A program made the position numbers and the translations under genes. From NCBI RefSeq assembly GCF_006345805.1, contig NC_043001.1:12028001-12092000 (forward strand): 64,000 nucleotides of DNA, written 5' to 3'. Within the stretch, counting starts at the first letter, position 1. Every line of letters begins with the position of its first letter. Below are positions 40,751 through 54,699 of the stretch, piece after piece. Below the pieces are notes generated by a model, which made no database searches, was not told the DNA's origin, and saw only the letters and a program-made list of their open reading frames with translations. Source of the DNA: Octopus sinensis (Eukaryota).

Positions 40751-40784
40751 CAGCTTCTACTACTTCCGGTTCACTGGAGTGGAA
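40751..40784 (+). CDS. Candidate exon (SFYYFRFTGVE)
   Basis: ctttaccttcccag(cag) acceptor, GAA|GTAAGT donor; phase-compatible with 39539-39660. Confidence 0.3.
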
Positions 40785-40884
40785 GTAAGTCTAGAAATTT
40801 ACTGTGGAGTGAATTTTGAAAAGAGGATTACGAAAGAATGTGTTGTGCAAGCTGGAAATTGTATGATACTCTACACACTCACGC

Positions 40885-40985
<101 letters not shown>

Positions 40986-41125
40986 ATATACATACATACA
41001 CATATAGTTACATGATACATATAAACATATATACACGTAAATATGCACACACACGCAGATATATATATATATATTCATACACATAGGTATATTTTAAATG
41101 TGAAGAATATATATGCAGATTATAT

Positions 41126-41162
<37 letters not shown>

Positions 41163-41673
41163 GAGAGAGAGAAACGGAAGCAAGCAAGAGGGAAAGAGCA
41201 TGGAACTTAGAGAAATTATTACGAAATACATAATTTTCTTCGGAAAGCAGGAATGCAAAATTCGATTATGCAATTTGTCTTCAAACGTTATCTAATTAGC
41301 TAGCTCTCAATACACACACACATACACACACACACATACATACACAGAGAAACACACACGCACATGCACACGCGCATACACACACTTACACATATATGTA
41401 TCTTATTGGACCTGAGAATTAATACCATGGAAGTAATTTCAAATGGTTTTCATAAAGAAGCATAAAAAAGTAATCGCTTGATCAATATAGGCAAAAGACA
41501 AGAATGGCACAAAAATATCTTCTACAATATTGTTCTTTTAGAGTATCATAATTGCTTCAGATAATTGAACTAATTTCGAAAGAGATGCGACTGCCTTTCA
41601 TATCAATTACGTTAACAAAATCTATTCCTTTCTTATTTATCTTAGTAATGCATGTACATAGGTTTGTATATTT

Positions 41674-41674
<1 letters not shown>

Positions 41675-41721
<47 letters not shown>

Positions 41722-41796
41722 AGCTACAACTACTACTACTACTACTAATAATAATAATAATGATAATAATAATAATGATAATAAAAATAATAACAG

Positions 41797-41827
<31 letters not shown>

Positions 41828-42012
41828 AATAATAATAATAATAACAATAACAATGATAATAAAAATAATAACGATGATGATAATAATATTAATAATGATA
41901 ATAAAAATAATAACAACAACAACAACAACAACACCAACAACAAAAACAACAATAACAACAACAACAATAATAATAAAATAAAAAATAAAAATAACAATAA
42001 CAACAATAATAA
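41675..42012. repeat. Compound (ACT)/(AAT)/(AAC) microsatellite
   Basis: Read directly from the sequence. Confidence 0.95.
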
Positions 42013-42039
42013 TTTATATTTGCAATATTGCTTTGCACA

Positions 42040-42925
42040 GATAAAGCACTATACAATAAATTGAAAACGATTGAAGCAGAAAATTGGTGGGTAAAGAAGA
42101 GAATGCATGGTGGATTTCATAGGGATGTTGAAGAAGACAGATAGAGAAAAAAGATGGCTGTGGATGACTAAAAGTGATTTAAAACCGAAAACGGGGGCTC
42201 TAATCTGTGCTGCCCATGAGCAAGTACTAAGAACAAACTACATAAAATACAGAATAGACAACACATCAGAAAGTATTGAGTGAAGAATCTGTGGACAAAA
42301 ATGGCATAGTAACAACCGTATGGCATAGTACCAACCAATGTACGCCACCAGCCCAGAAGGAATATAAGAGACGCCACGACAAAATAGCCAGGCTTGTACA
42401 TTCGTCACTTTGCAACAGGTATGGACATGACAGACCAAAAAATTGGTACGACCACAATCCTGAAGGTGTCGTCGAAAATAGAAATGCAAAGATGCTATGG
42501 GATTGTATGATTCAGTGCCACCATGAGACAGAGAATAGGAAACCAAATATAATCTTAATTGAGAAAGAAAACAAACTATGCTGGAACATAGATAGAGCAT
42601 GCCCAGCTGACAACACGTTATGCGATAAGAAAGAAGAAAAGTCGAGAGATATGACAGGTTGATGAAAAATGTAGTGGTAGTACCAATAACTGTCGGAGCC
42701 CTAGGAACACTGAGAAAAAAATTCGAGAAGTACACGGAACAAATAGGGGCTGCAATAAGGGTGGAGCGCTTGCAGAAAACAGCACTGGTGGAACCGCTCG
42801 AATACTCTGGAAGGTGCTCGAAAAATAAGAGGTGTTACCTTAGTTCACTGGTAGTGAACCGCTGACACTGTAGTACATCTCCTGCGTTAGAAGCTGTGCA
42901 AAGGCAACAACAACAACAACAACAA
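42040..42925 (+). mobile_element. R4/Dong-type LINE 3' fragment (CCHC knuckle + restriction-like endonuclease)
   Basis: MHGGF...ALICAAHEQVLRTNY, EYKRRHDKIARLVH, KMLWD...NRKPNI...IDRACP, VVVPITVGALG; (AAC)n tail. Confidence 0.85.
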
Positions 42926-43039
42926 TCATGATTATAATTATAATTTTAATAACAACAACAAAAGAAAAAAAGCAAATAAATGGTAAAGGGCCATACTGAG
43001 ATAGGCAATGTTAAATAGACATTTAGGATAAGTTGATAG

Positions 43040-43880
43040 ATTGAGAAGAGGGGGAATTGCAGAATGAAAGCATAAGAATAAAGCTTGAAAGAACAAAGAG
43101 AATAAGAGAGAAATGTTGTGATGTGATATTGGGAGAATTGAAAGAAAGAGTTGGAACAATCAAAGTGAAACTGGAAAGATATGACAATAGGAGGAGTCAG
43201 TTCAAGCAAAGCAGATTGTTTGTAGTAAATCAGAAGAAACGTAACAATTATAACAGATACAGAGCAATGCAAAACATTCTGGAGAGGAATCTAGGACCCA
43301 GCTGTAGAGCATGCTGATGAAGCGGAGGGGCTGCATGAAATCGAGGATAGGCGAAGAAATATAGAAGTCCAACTACGGTAATGATTATATAAAAGGATTT
43401 AAAATTCCCAAATTGGAAGAGCCCAGGACTGGGCAGGAAGATGTATAAGTACCAAAACTCTGGGACTACGATTTTCAGATGGATCGGATATTCAAACACC
43501 GTAAGCTGGATATTTTTATATTGAGTAAGAGAGACAAATACTGTCAGATCGTTGATGTAGCCATATCAAATGGCATGCATGTGAAAGGTAGAAGAGTTCA
43601 GTTTGCTGGACATTGTTGTAGAGCTGAAAACGAGATAATTTCTACTCTTCTCCTCTGGAAGCCAACTGCTCGCGATACCACAGGGGGAACACTCTCCTAT
43701 CCTGATGTAATCTCCAGAGATACAGGCATCCAGCAACAGGACCTCCGTAATGCTATGATGGACCGTGAAGTCTGGCGTAACATAGTAAATTCCATTGTCT
43801 CGACCACGGTCGAACCATGATGATGATGATGTGAGTAAAGAGGTTGAAAAACCAACAAGTTCTCTGAATTCTATAACAAA
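43040..43880 (+). pseudogene. Second R4/Dong-type fragment (internally deleted), interrupted by an RTE insert
   Basis: ELKERV...KLERYDNRRSQFKQSRLF..NQK (N-terminal region) and HRKLDIFI..KRDKYCQIVDVA...|SKEVEK (RLE). Confidence 0.65.
43585..43828 (+). mobile_element. RTE-clade LINE 3' end
   Basis: RRVQFAGHCCR...LLLWKP...SYPDVISRDTG...AMMDREVWR, (TGA)n tail, ATGTGA duplication (43579-43584 and 43829-43834). Confidence 0.8.
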
Positions 43881-44263
43881 CTTGGTTTTCTATATTATTG
43901 TTTCATAATGTAGTGAGTTCGCCGAATGTTTAGCATACCAGGCTATGTACTTAACAGCATTCCACCCGTCTTTACATTCTGACTTCAATTCTGCCGATGT
44001 CTTCTTTTGGATGTCATCTTTTCGGCGTCGAAAACCCCAGTTCCATTCGAGAATAGGATCGATGTGCTTAACTTATCCCATCTACCTAAACACTGACTGC
44101 TAACAAAATTTTAGACCAATATTAATGTTAGCGCGTCGAACAATATTTTATTCGTCTTTGCGTTCTGAGATCAAATTCTGCAACGGTCAGAGTCAATGAG
44201 ATACAGATTAGAGAATGAGTTATCTGCGTTTGTAAGAGACGATACGAGATGTGATACAGGAAA

Positions 44264-44494
44264 GGTGGTGAGCTGGCAGAGACATTAGCACGCCGGGCGA
44301 AATTCGTAGCCGTATTTCGTCTGCCGTTACGTTCTGAGTTCAAATCCCGCCGAGGTCGACTTTGCATTTCATCCTTTCGGGGTCGATAAATTAAGTAACA
44401 GTTATGCACTGGAGTTGATGTAATCGACTTAATCCGTTTCTCTGTCCTTGTTTGTCCCTTCTATGTTTAGCCCCTTGCGGGTAATAAAAAAACA
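44264..44494 (+). mobile_element. SINE family B with a 23-bp TSD
   Basis: GATACGAGATGTGATACAGGAAA at 44241-44263 and 44495-44517. Confidence 0.92.
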
Positions 44495-45129
44495 GATACG
44501 AGATGTGATACAGGAAACTATGTTTTGCTAAACCATTGGAAATAAAGAAAATTATGTGTTTTCTAAAGATTTTAAATATAGTATACAACAGAGCTAGAAT
44601 AATCGAAATATCCATTAAATTATGTATGAACTTTAACGTAATTTATACGGTAATTAGCTCCTATAATAATTATACACGTATACTTTTATAATTATACAGA
44701 AATAAATATATCGTCACAAGCAATTAATACGATAATCAATAAAATGAAGAAAATAATGCAAAAATACCGGCGAATACAAAGGAACGAACGCGTATATACA
44801 CACATACACACATGCATACACTGACACTGACGAATACATAATCACATACGCGTATACATAAACACGCACGCATGCACAAACCACAGTGGTATACATAAAC
44901 ACACACACACACACTCATATATAGAGGTACACACGCATACGCAGACACACGCAAACGTAAACACACATGTACATACTTCCAGTGTCCCAAGTCAACCTGA
45001 ATATATACACACACACTGACACACACACATATATATATATATCTATATATTATATTTATATCTATCTATCTATCTATCTATATATATATATATCTATATA
45101 TTATATTTATATCTATCTATCTATATATA

Positions 45130-45160
<31 letters not shown>

Positions 45161-45166
45161 AATACA

Positions 45167-46414
45167 TCAGGTTGAGTAAAAAGTAGGCGACGCTTTCAGA
45201 TAGGAAATTCATCACCGTATATTTCAACACTTTTAAAATTTTATTTAACTAAGCAAGTAGGTACCATTATAATAAACACATTTTTGCCAACGAGTTACAA
45301 GTTTGTTCATTCGGGTAACATAAAATTCTGGAGTTCTGGAGCTGATGAACTCTTTGAACGCACTTTCAGCATCGGTTTGACTTTTGAAGTCCATTTCTCG
45401 CAGAAAATCATCAAGGTGCTTGAAAAAGTGGTAGTCGGTAGGAGAAATGTTTGGGGAATAAACTGGATGGTGAAAATCTTCCTAGCTAAGTTCCCTTAAC
45501 TTCTGGAGCGTCATTAGTGAAATGTGTGGTCGAGGATTGTCAAGAAGAATGATTGGCCCTCTTCTGTGACGGAGGAGAAGCCACTTTTCGATCATTTTGG
45601 CAAATTCCTGCCAATATGCTTCTGCAGTTATGGCTTTTCCGGATTTCAAGAAGTTATAGTGATGAAGTCCAGCAGTACATCACCAGATAGTCACCATAAC
45701 CTTCTTTTTGAAGAGCTCCGATTTAGGGAAGTTTTTCAGTGCTTCATTTTGGTTCAACCACTGTATAGAACGTTGCATATTATTGTACAGAATCCACTTT
45801 TAATGGAACGGTCGAGAAATGGTCTGGTTACAGAGTAAAAGCGACGATCAAATTTCATATCTGCGTATTTTCTGATTTTCATGTAAATCGTACGGTACGA
45901 AGTCTTTGAATAACTGATCGCATGCAAATGGTTGCAGGGAGTTTTCTGGCTATGTTGAAGTTCTTTTGCCAATTCCCGTGTGATTTTACGTAGATCTTTC
46001 TCAATGAAGGTCTCTAATTGATCGACATCAATGACAGATGGGCATGCACTATGCTCATGTTCTTCAAGGCTCAGGTCTCCAATGCGAAATCCTTTAAACC
46101 ATTTTCGACCTGAACACACACTAGCAATAACTTCACCAAACGTTTCGTTGATATCGCGAGCAGTTGCAGCTGCTTCCCGTTCTTTTCTGAAGTTAAATAC
46201 CAAATTTGCTCCAATATTGCTTTTTGACAGTTCCATTTCAGATGATTGTAACAATCGTGAAAATGTATCAGAGTTAATTTATTGATGCATTAGGGAAAGT
46301 TTATGTCCGTATTTTCAGACAATTGCCAAACATTATTTAAAAACATCAAACTGTGCAAAAATCCCGTAAAACTCTTCATGGTTCAAAACATTCCATACTT
46401 TTTACTTAGCTTTA
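45167..46414 (-). mobile_element. Decayed near-full-length mariner transposon
   Basis: ORF 45754-46254 gives a mariner HTH region. Broken frames give KWILYNN, KKVMVTIW, LLDNPRPH and YSPNISPTDYHFF. Degenerate TIRs (TCAGGTTGAGTAAAAAGTAG / catactttttacttagcttta). Confidence 0.88.
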
Positions 46415-46419
46415 TAGAA

Positions 46420-46785
46420 ATCTCTTGTATGAAACAGTGGTCACCGGCACAATAGCACGAGAACGACCTCAACTTCGTTTCAAGAACGTCCGTAAGAGAG
46501 ATATGAAGTCGCTTCATCTGGATGTCATGAAATAGGAGGAGGTCACAAAGGACTCCCCACGCGGGAAAAAAATTGTGGAAGAGTATGAAGTGAGAAGAAA
46601 AACCACCATAGAAAACCGCACTCGACGGAAGAAGAAAACCAATAGCACCTGCAGAGAGCTATATGACTGACTCCCACTTTTGTGTGGATCTCTACAGTCA
46701 CAGCTGACGCTGCCCCACCATCAGGAGCTGACTTCTCCGGATGCGGATCCAAGGCCTCTCGAAGCGGCGGATGTCTACTTCACAT
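46420..46785 (+). mobile_element. RTE (BovB-like) LINE 3' fragment
   Basis: NLLYE...RERPQLRFKNVRKRDMK motif followed by a 3'UTR. Confidence 0.7.
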
Positions 46786-47366
46786 TTCGCAATAAATCCC
46801 GGTACAATATTTTACTACGTCTTTGTAAATGTGTACCGTCTGCTGACATGTGTAAAAGTTTTTATCTTTGACTTGTTTCATTTGATGGACTGCGGCCATG
46901 CTAGGGGACTACGTTGAGGATTTTTAGCTGAAGACACCGAACCCATAAATAATCCTTAAATTTGGTACTTATTACGTCGAACCCTATGACGAATCTCGAA
47001 ATTAGAGGGGCGAAAAAATCCGACACCTGTTGCCAAACAGTAAGATACAGACATAGACACAACGTGCTTTCTCGTAGTTTCCATCTTCTATATTCACTCA
47101 CGCAGCTTTTCTTGGTGCGGAGTTATAATAGGATATTTACCCAAAGTGCAACGCGGTGGGAATGAATCCGAAACCACATCGTCACCAAGTGAACTTCTTA
47201 AATTCTATCATACTTTGAAACTGGAGAGAAAAAAACTGCAAGTCACCCCAAAAATACGAAAATAAAAACAAAATACATAACACAAAATGGAAATTTAAAT
47301 TCAGTCTGTAAATCAACGGTTTATGGCCCTTCAAAACATCACGCATTCGTTGGAGGAATGCAATCT

Positions 47367-47536
47367 GTTTCTTTATTACTCACAAGGAGATAAACATAGA
47401 GGAGACAAACAAGGAAAGACAAACGGATTAAGTCGATTACATCCACCCCAGTGCGTAACTGGTACTTAACGGCAGACGAAATACGACTACGCATTTCGCC
47501 CGGAGTGCTAACGGTTCTGCCAGCTCGCCGCCTTCA
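47367..47536 (-). mobile_element. SINE family B, internally deleted, with a 17-bp TSD
   Basis: TTGGAGGAATGCAATCT on both sides. Confidence 0.85.
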
Positions 47537-48069
47537 TTGGAGGAATGCAATCTCCAACATGTTACAAATTTGTCACTAAATCAGTTTGCCTATATTCCAA
47601 AATATATTGGTGTATTAGCTTCCTACATTTTGTAATTTAGTGCACTCTTTACAATTTTGAATAAGTATTAAATAATATATAATAGTCTTATAAATCTTGA
47701 TATAGAAAAAAAAGCGTGAAAGCAATTGAAATCTTTTAAAATCTATTTCAATTTATAGCCAACTTATTGATTTGATTATTTCGACGCCTATTTTTCTTTA
47801 CAACATGGGAATCCTTTACATTCATCCCGCAAGAGTTAGTCGCCGAACTTGCACGAGGAAGGCTGAATTATGCTTTATGTGTCTATGTGGATAAAAACAT
47901 GTTTTCAAAATTGCTTCTAAGATGTATGAAAAATCAATTTTTGAAATTTTGTTCAGCAGTCGTTTTTTCTACCAAAAGGCGTCAGATATTTACTCCGTTA
48001 ATCTGATCCAAAATTGTCGCAGTTCACTTATTTGCGTGACAGCTGATTAAAATTCAAAATCAGAGCTAC

Positions 48070-48460
48070 ACATAATCTTTTCTACTCTAGGCACAAGGCC
48101 CGAAATTTTAGGGGTGGGGGACAGTCAATTAGATTGACCTCAGTATGCAACAGGTACATAATTTATCAACCCAGAAAGTCAACCTCGGCGGAATTTGAAC
48201 TCAGAACGTAAAGACAGACGAAATACCTATTTCTTTACTACCCACAAGGGGCTAAACACAGAGAGGACAAACAAGGACAGAGAAACGGATTAAGTCGATT
48301 ATATTGACTTCAGTTCGTAACTGGTACTTATTTAATCGACCCCGAAAGGATGAAAGGCAAACTCGAGATCAGCGGAATTTGAACTCAGAACGTAGCGGCA
48401 GTCAAAATACTGCTAAGCATTTCGCTCGGCGTGCTAACGATTCTGCCAGCTCGCCGCCTT
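48070..48460 (-). mobile_element. SINE family B, composite/double copy
   Basis: Two GGCGGAATTTGAACTCAGAACG-type cores. Confidence 0.8.
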
Positions 48461-48730
48461 GAACCTAAATCGGAATATTACTACTGGATGGTGGAAGCAA
48501 TGTTGGTCAGTTGAAAAACCCTGCCATTAGACTAAATAACAACAGGAGACGTAAAATTTGACTTTGGAATCATTGGCACGAACGATTTAGTCTTTATCTA
48601 AACAAATGAAAGAATTCTTCTCCAAATTCTGGATCAAAACCAGCATTGGTATCACTTAGTTAAAACCTATCCATGATAAATTAATACCGCTTGAAGGTTT
48701 TAGCGAAACAAATGGACTCAAAGCGTTTTA

Positions 48731-48979
48731 TTGTAATCTCTCGATTATCGCGGGTGTTACGTTCCAACCCCAAGCCCGCGATAGGTGAAATTCGCGAAGT
48801 AGAAAAGTACTATACTATATATATTTTTTTTATTTAAAAAATTTTTATGTATAAATTTTATTATAAATGCTAGACAACTCGACAGGGGAAACGACGTAAG
48901 CTAAAATAATAAACTGCGACAGGTGAAACGCGTTAGGAGAACCGCGTTAGGAGAACCGCAATATGGTGAGGGATTGCTG
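48731..48979. mobile_element. Tigger/pogo-type MITE
   Basis: TA-flanked imperfect TIRs (ttgtaatctctcgattatcgcgg / ccgcaatatggtgagggattgctg). Confidence 0.7.
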
Positions 48980-49648
48980 TATATATTTGAACTCTGATCC
49001 TTACCCTATCGTTTAATTACGCTGGGCCGCTAATTAACTGGAATGTAATCAAACACCGGTTGTCTCTCACCATCTCTCTCTCCCCTATCTCTCTCATACT
49101 CTCAATTTCACTCCATATTTCTCTCTCACTCCATCTTTCTCTCTCACTCCATCTTTCTCTCTCACATATACACACACTGAATGGGAGGCAGAGAAATCAG
49201 GGACCTCCACAATATTCGTGTCTCTAAAGCTCACTGAGAGCAAATTAGTTTCCAGGTTGTTATTATAGTAGGGGTTAGTTGACTAAATTGCTGGTCATGG
49301 AGAAAACTGAACAACCAACTGTTTACATTGAAAAATCTCTTTTTAACCACTCAGCCATGTTAGCCCCATATCTCTACAAAAACTAGCACAGCATACACGC
49401 ACACATTTATACATACATGCATATACATATATGTATCCATATATATGCAGACGCCATGATAGATCGTTAGCTACTACATACATTTTTTTCTCTCCTTGTT
49501 TTTTCTGTGTATCTTTCTGTGAAAGAGCGTAGGCTCGAAACATAAAAGAATTTTTCTATTCCTGAATGTTATACTAATACATCTGTTTGTTTTCTACACC
49601 ACCTGCCTTCGTCTTTTGTTTATTTTTGTAAACTTTCCTTTTATATGC

Positions 49649-49681
<33 letters not shown>

Positions 49682-49761
49682 ATATATATATACATGCATA
49701 CATAAATATATGCATATGTAGATATATACATACATATATGCATACATGCATATATACATAC

Positions 49762-49797
<36 letters not shown>

Positions 49798-49871
49798 CTA
49801 CATATATATATATATATACATATACATATACATAACTACATATGTGTAAAGATATACATATATACATATAT

Positions 49872-50061
49872 TCTTTTACTTGTTTCAGTCATTTTTCTGC
49901 GGCCATGCGGGAGCACCGCCTTTTGTCGAACAAATCGACCCCAGGACTTATTCTTTGTAAGCCTAGCACTTATTTTAACAGTCTCTTTTGCGGAACCGGT
50001 AACTTACAGGGACAGAAACACATCGGTTTTCAAGCGATATTGGGGGACAAACACAGACACT

Positions 50062-50096
<35 letters not shown>

Positions 50097-50273
50097 TTAT
50101 ATATACATATTCGACGGGCTTCTTTCTGTTTCCGTCTACCAAATCCACTCCCAAGATTTTGCTTGACCTGAGGTTAAAGTAGAAGACACTTGCCCAAGAT
50201 GCCACGCAGTGGGACTGAACCTTGAACCGTGTGGTTGATAAACAAGCAACATACCACACAACCACTCCTGCGC
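49872..50273 (-). mobile_element. SINE family A
   Basis: Full reverse copy. Confidence 0.88.
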
Positions 50274-50351
50274 TTATATACATACACACTCGCACATATG
50301 TATATATATATGATTAATCAGAGATAGATAAATAGATAGATACATAGATAG

Positions 50352-50437
<86 letters not shown>

Positions 50438-51499
50438 ATGTGGAATGGATATATGCGCAATGCGATGTAATCTCTCTCGGAAATTGTGTTATAAATTTGA
50501 TAAAATGAAAAAAAAAATACTCTAAAACGCTCATACCTGACACACACGGAAGTATCCGAATGAAGCATTCATTTGCCATTAATAGTGTTTTTCGAAGATT
50601 CAGATTAGGCGCCAATTGTCCTCGTTTAAAATCAAATTCTTTGTATATATTTTTGCAACGAATTAATTCTTGAGAATTTATAGCTGGTGTTACAATGAAG
50701 TATGTCTGATTAAATTATTCAATTAGCAATTTCTATTTGGTTTTGATTCTGCAGGACATGGCAGCTTCTCTCTTGATTCTTTCAATTAACCTTCCCCTCA
50801 CCCACTACATATATATACATAAATATATATGTATATGTATAAACATATATATAAATACATATATACATAGATATACATATATATACATATATATATATAT
50901 ATATGTATATATATTTTCGCATATATATATATGTATATATACATGTATATGCATATATATATCCATATATATAATAATATACATACATATACATATATAT
51001 AAATATACATACATATATGTATATACACATGTATATATATATACATATATATATAAATTTATATGCACACTTACATATAAACGTATGCATCTATTTGTAT
51101 GTGCAAACATTATACACATCGGTATGTATTTACATATGTATGTATAGATGTATGGATGTATGTATGTATGTATGTATGTATGTATGTATACGTGAGCACA
51201 CAGAAAATGGCAGAGTGAAAGTGTAACGTATAATCATTGAATTGTCGGTTTTAAATGAAATAAAAAATAGTAATAACTCCGAGATGAATTCTGCTAAATT
51301 TATAATGGGGATAAATTGTTGGCGCTTATAACGAAAATATATTCTTTTTGCTAATAACTTTTTTTTTTCACGTCTAATTACTAATGAAATAAAATGATTT
51401 TTAGCCAACACATAGAATGTACATAAGCTATATATTTTTTTTCTGTGTAGATATAAACTTTGTAATCTGGTTTCAAATCATTTCAGCTGCATTAATAAT

Positions 51500-51780
51500 A
51501 TATCATGTATTGCGAGATGACAAAAAGTTTAGCCTGCCGGGCGAAACGCTTAGCGGTATTTCGTCTGCCGCTACGTTCTGAGTTCAAATTCCACCGAGGT
51601 GGACTTTGCCTTTCATCCTTTGGGGGTCCTTTAAATAAGAAATAGGTATTTCGTCTGCCTTTAACTTCTGTGTCCACTTTCATCCTTTCGGGGGCGACAA
51701 ATTAAGTACCAGTTACGTACTGGCGTCGATCTAATCGACTGGCACTCTCCCCCCAAAATTCGGGCCTAGAGTAGAAAAGA
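51500..51780 (+). mobile_element. SINE family B fragments (rearranged)
   Basis: Core motifs are present twice. Confidence 0.7.
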
Positions 51781-53446
51781 ATATTCCGATTTAGCTTATT
51801 TTTAATTATCGACCGTTATATCCTCAACCACTAATTGCCTTCACATACTTTACATTACCTATAATCATAATTAAACCACCCTAATGCTGCTAAGCCCATT
51901 AATTATCGTTGATTTTTATATCCCCAAATAAAATGAGCCTCCATTCTGCGTAAATGGATCATCTATACGATATACTTTGATTAAATCGAATTCATTCTAA
52001 GCATTTCTGCTTAATTTAATGCTATATGTAGCTGAATCGTAATTACATCATTAATTAGCTAAACTTTGGATTTTCTTTAAGACATAGATCTGGGGGCTTA
52101 CTAATTATCCGGACGTTTAGCAATGTCTTTACTTCACATCAGACCGAATTATTGAACAGTTTTCTTCTCATTCACATTCTGGTTGTGCAGAGGTGCACGT
52201 GTGGCCGTGTGGTACGTTGCTTGCTTCCAAACCACACGGTTCCAGTTTCAGTTCCACTGCGTAGCAATTTGTGTGTCTTCTGGCGTAGCTTCGGGCCGAC
52301 CAATGCTTTCTGAGTAGATTTGGTAGAAAGAAACTGAAAGAAGTCCTTAATGTGTGTTTGCGTGTGTGTGTTTCTTTGTGGCTGTGTTTGACCACCACCA
52401 CAGCCTGACAGCCAGTGCTAGTGCTTTTACATCTTCATAACAGCAATTCAATAAAAGATACCAAGGCAGTGCTCCAACATGGGCTCAGTCTAAAGCCTGA
52501 AACAAGCAAAATGCTCAATGGTAACTATGCACTTCATGTAATTATAGTTTGTGCTTCATCAGTACCTTTATTACCGCGTGAATTTACACACTCTCATTTC
52601 TTCAGAGTACACGTTTTATCTCTACACAGCTAGAATCACACACATTACAAAAGACACCCCTCTGAAATCTATCTGAATACTTCATCACTGGCACACTATA
52701 AGCAGATACAATAGATTTTCACAACTAGGACTTCCTTGACACAAACAATCCCTCACGCTTTTTGATGACTACAAGTTTTACACCTCTTTGTCAGGCACAC
52801 AATGCTATTTCAGCATAGTTTTCAACACTTTTAATCTTTTCTCTTTACTTTCTATACAAAAAAGACGAAAACTACAAAATATTGAACTGTATTTCGTCCT
52901 ATTTTCGTCCTATGTATTTCGTCCTATGTAATTCGTCCTATTTTCAGTGATTTTAAAATATTTGATATTTGTGTTATTGTTAACTAACCGATGAGCATGT
53001 ACTGATAAATTTGATATTCATGTTAGTCTTCTTAACCCATCGGCTAAAAAAAGTCAGCCTCACTGCCGGTTGATAGATGTATTTAAAGTCACCTGTTTAT
53101 GTCCATTGCATTTTTCAGAGATATGGTTAACAATATTCAGTAGTTAAAGCTTACCATTATAAAATAACAAACTGAAACAGCTGTCAATATTATTTTAACT
53201 ATAATTAAACTATGACAATTTAATACCAATGATCAACTTCTAATTGTTAATTGTTGTTCCATTTCTATTCTTACTTGAATATATTAAATCACGACTTACC
53301 ATTTAAATTACCAACTAATATTAATCTTATAGCAAGGCCTATACATAGTTAGATAATATACCAGTTGTGCCAAACGGATACATTTATCCCTTAGACGGTT
53401 GCATAACCTCTAAATCACAATATATATTATATATATATATATATAT

Positions 53447-53504
<58 letters not shown>

Positions 53505-53597
53505 GAATTAAATTAGAGATAAACCATCATTAGGCAAATCAAACAGTGAAAAATATAAACCAAAACATAAAAATAAAAATAATTAATATAATTTATA

Positions 53598-53657
<60 letters not shown>

Positions 53658-54023
53658 AATCTAAATAATCAGAAAATGGAGAACGCTTTAGATCAACAAG
53701 CAAAGGAGGGAGAGGAATGTCATTTAGGGATGGGCAGATCTTAATTTTCTCTATTTTACTGATCATTTAAAATTGATTCCGACTAAACTTTTGTTTATGG
53801 TTTATTCCGCTGCATACCCATGTCCGACTATAATATAGGTAACTGATACCAATAGAAATACGGATGTTTTATCCCTTAGTCGGTTACTATAACCGCTAAC
53901 TCTGCTTTCCTTTATACATATACATACATATGTATATGTATATATATATATATTATATATATTATATATATATATAATATATATTATATACATACATTCA
54001 TATATATATATATTTATATTAAT

Positions 54024-54072
<49 letters not shown>

Positions 54073-54073
54073 A

Positions 54074-54214
<141 letters not shown>

Positions 54215-54225
54215 TATATATATAT

Positions 54226-54257
<32 letters not shown>

Positions 54258-54281
54258 ATATATATATAATATATATATAAA

Positions 54282-54580
54282 CAATTGCAGCGTGGAAGGT
54301 GTTTGTAAGCCATTAAGAAACACACAAAAGCCGTTCGATTCACTCAACATTTAAGTTTAATTGTCAAAATATTTCGTCGCTAAAATCCGCGAGCACGGAT
54401 TTTTGTCAGTGAAGAGGTCGCGGATTTTAGCGACGAAATATTTTGACAAATTAAACTTAAATGTTGAAGTGAATCGAACGGCTTTTGTGTGTTTCTTAAA
54501 TGTTTTACAAACACCTTCCACGCTGCAATTGATTTCGTTTCAGCACACGATCTCAGATCAAATCACTTGCTATGCGAATA
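54282..54580 (-). mobile_element. Palindromic (foldback) element, ~110-bp arms
   Basis: Arms 54282-54392 and 54418-54531 are nearly perfect inverted repeats; same family as 12094-12965. Confidence 0.9.
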
Positions 54581-54699
54581 CATCTCCGTATATATATATA
54601 TATATATATGCATATACATATACAGGTGAGCTAGAAAGAAGTTAGCATTATATGTAGTGAAACCGGTAATACCTGCCCCCTATATATAAAATTAAACAA

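Noticed and set aside
43313-43350. CTGATGA...GAAA motif
   Set aside because: It lies in decayed R4-type coding sequence and lacks U16.1 and stem I.
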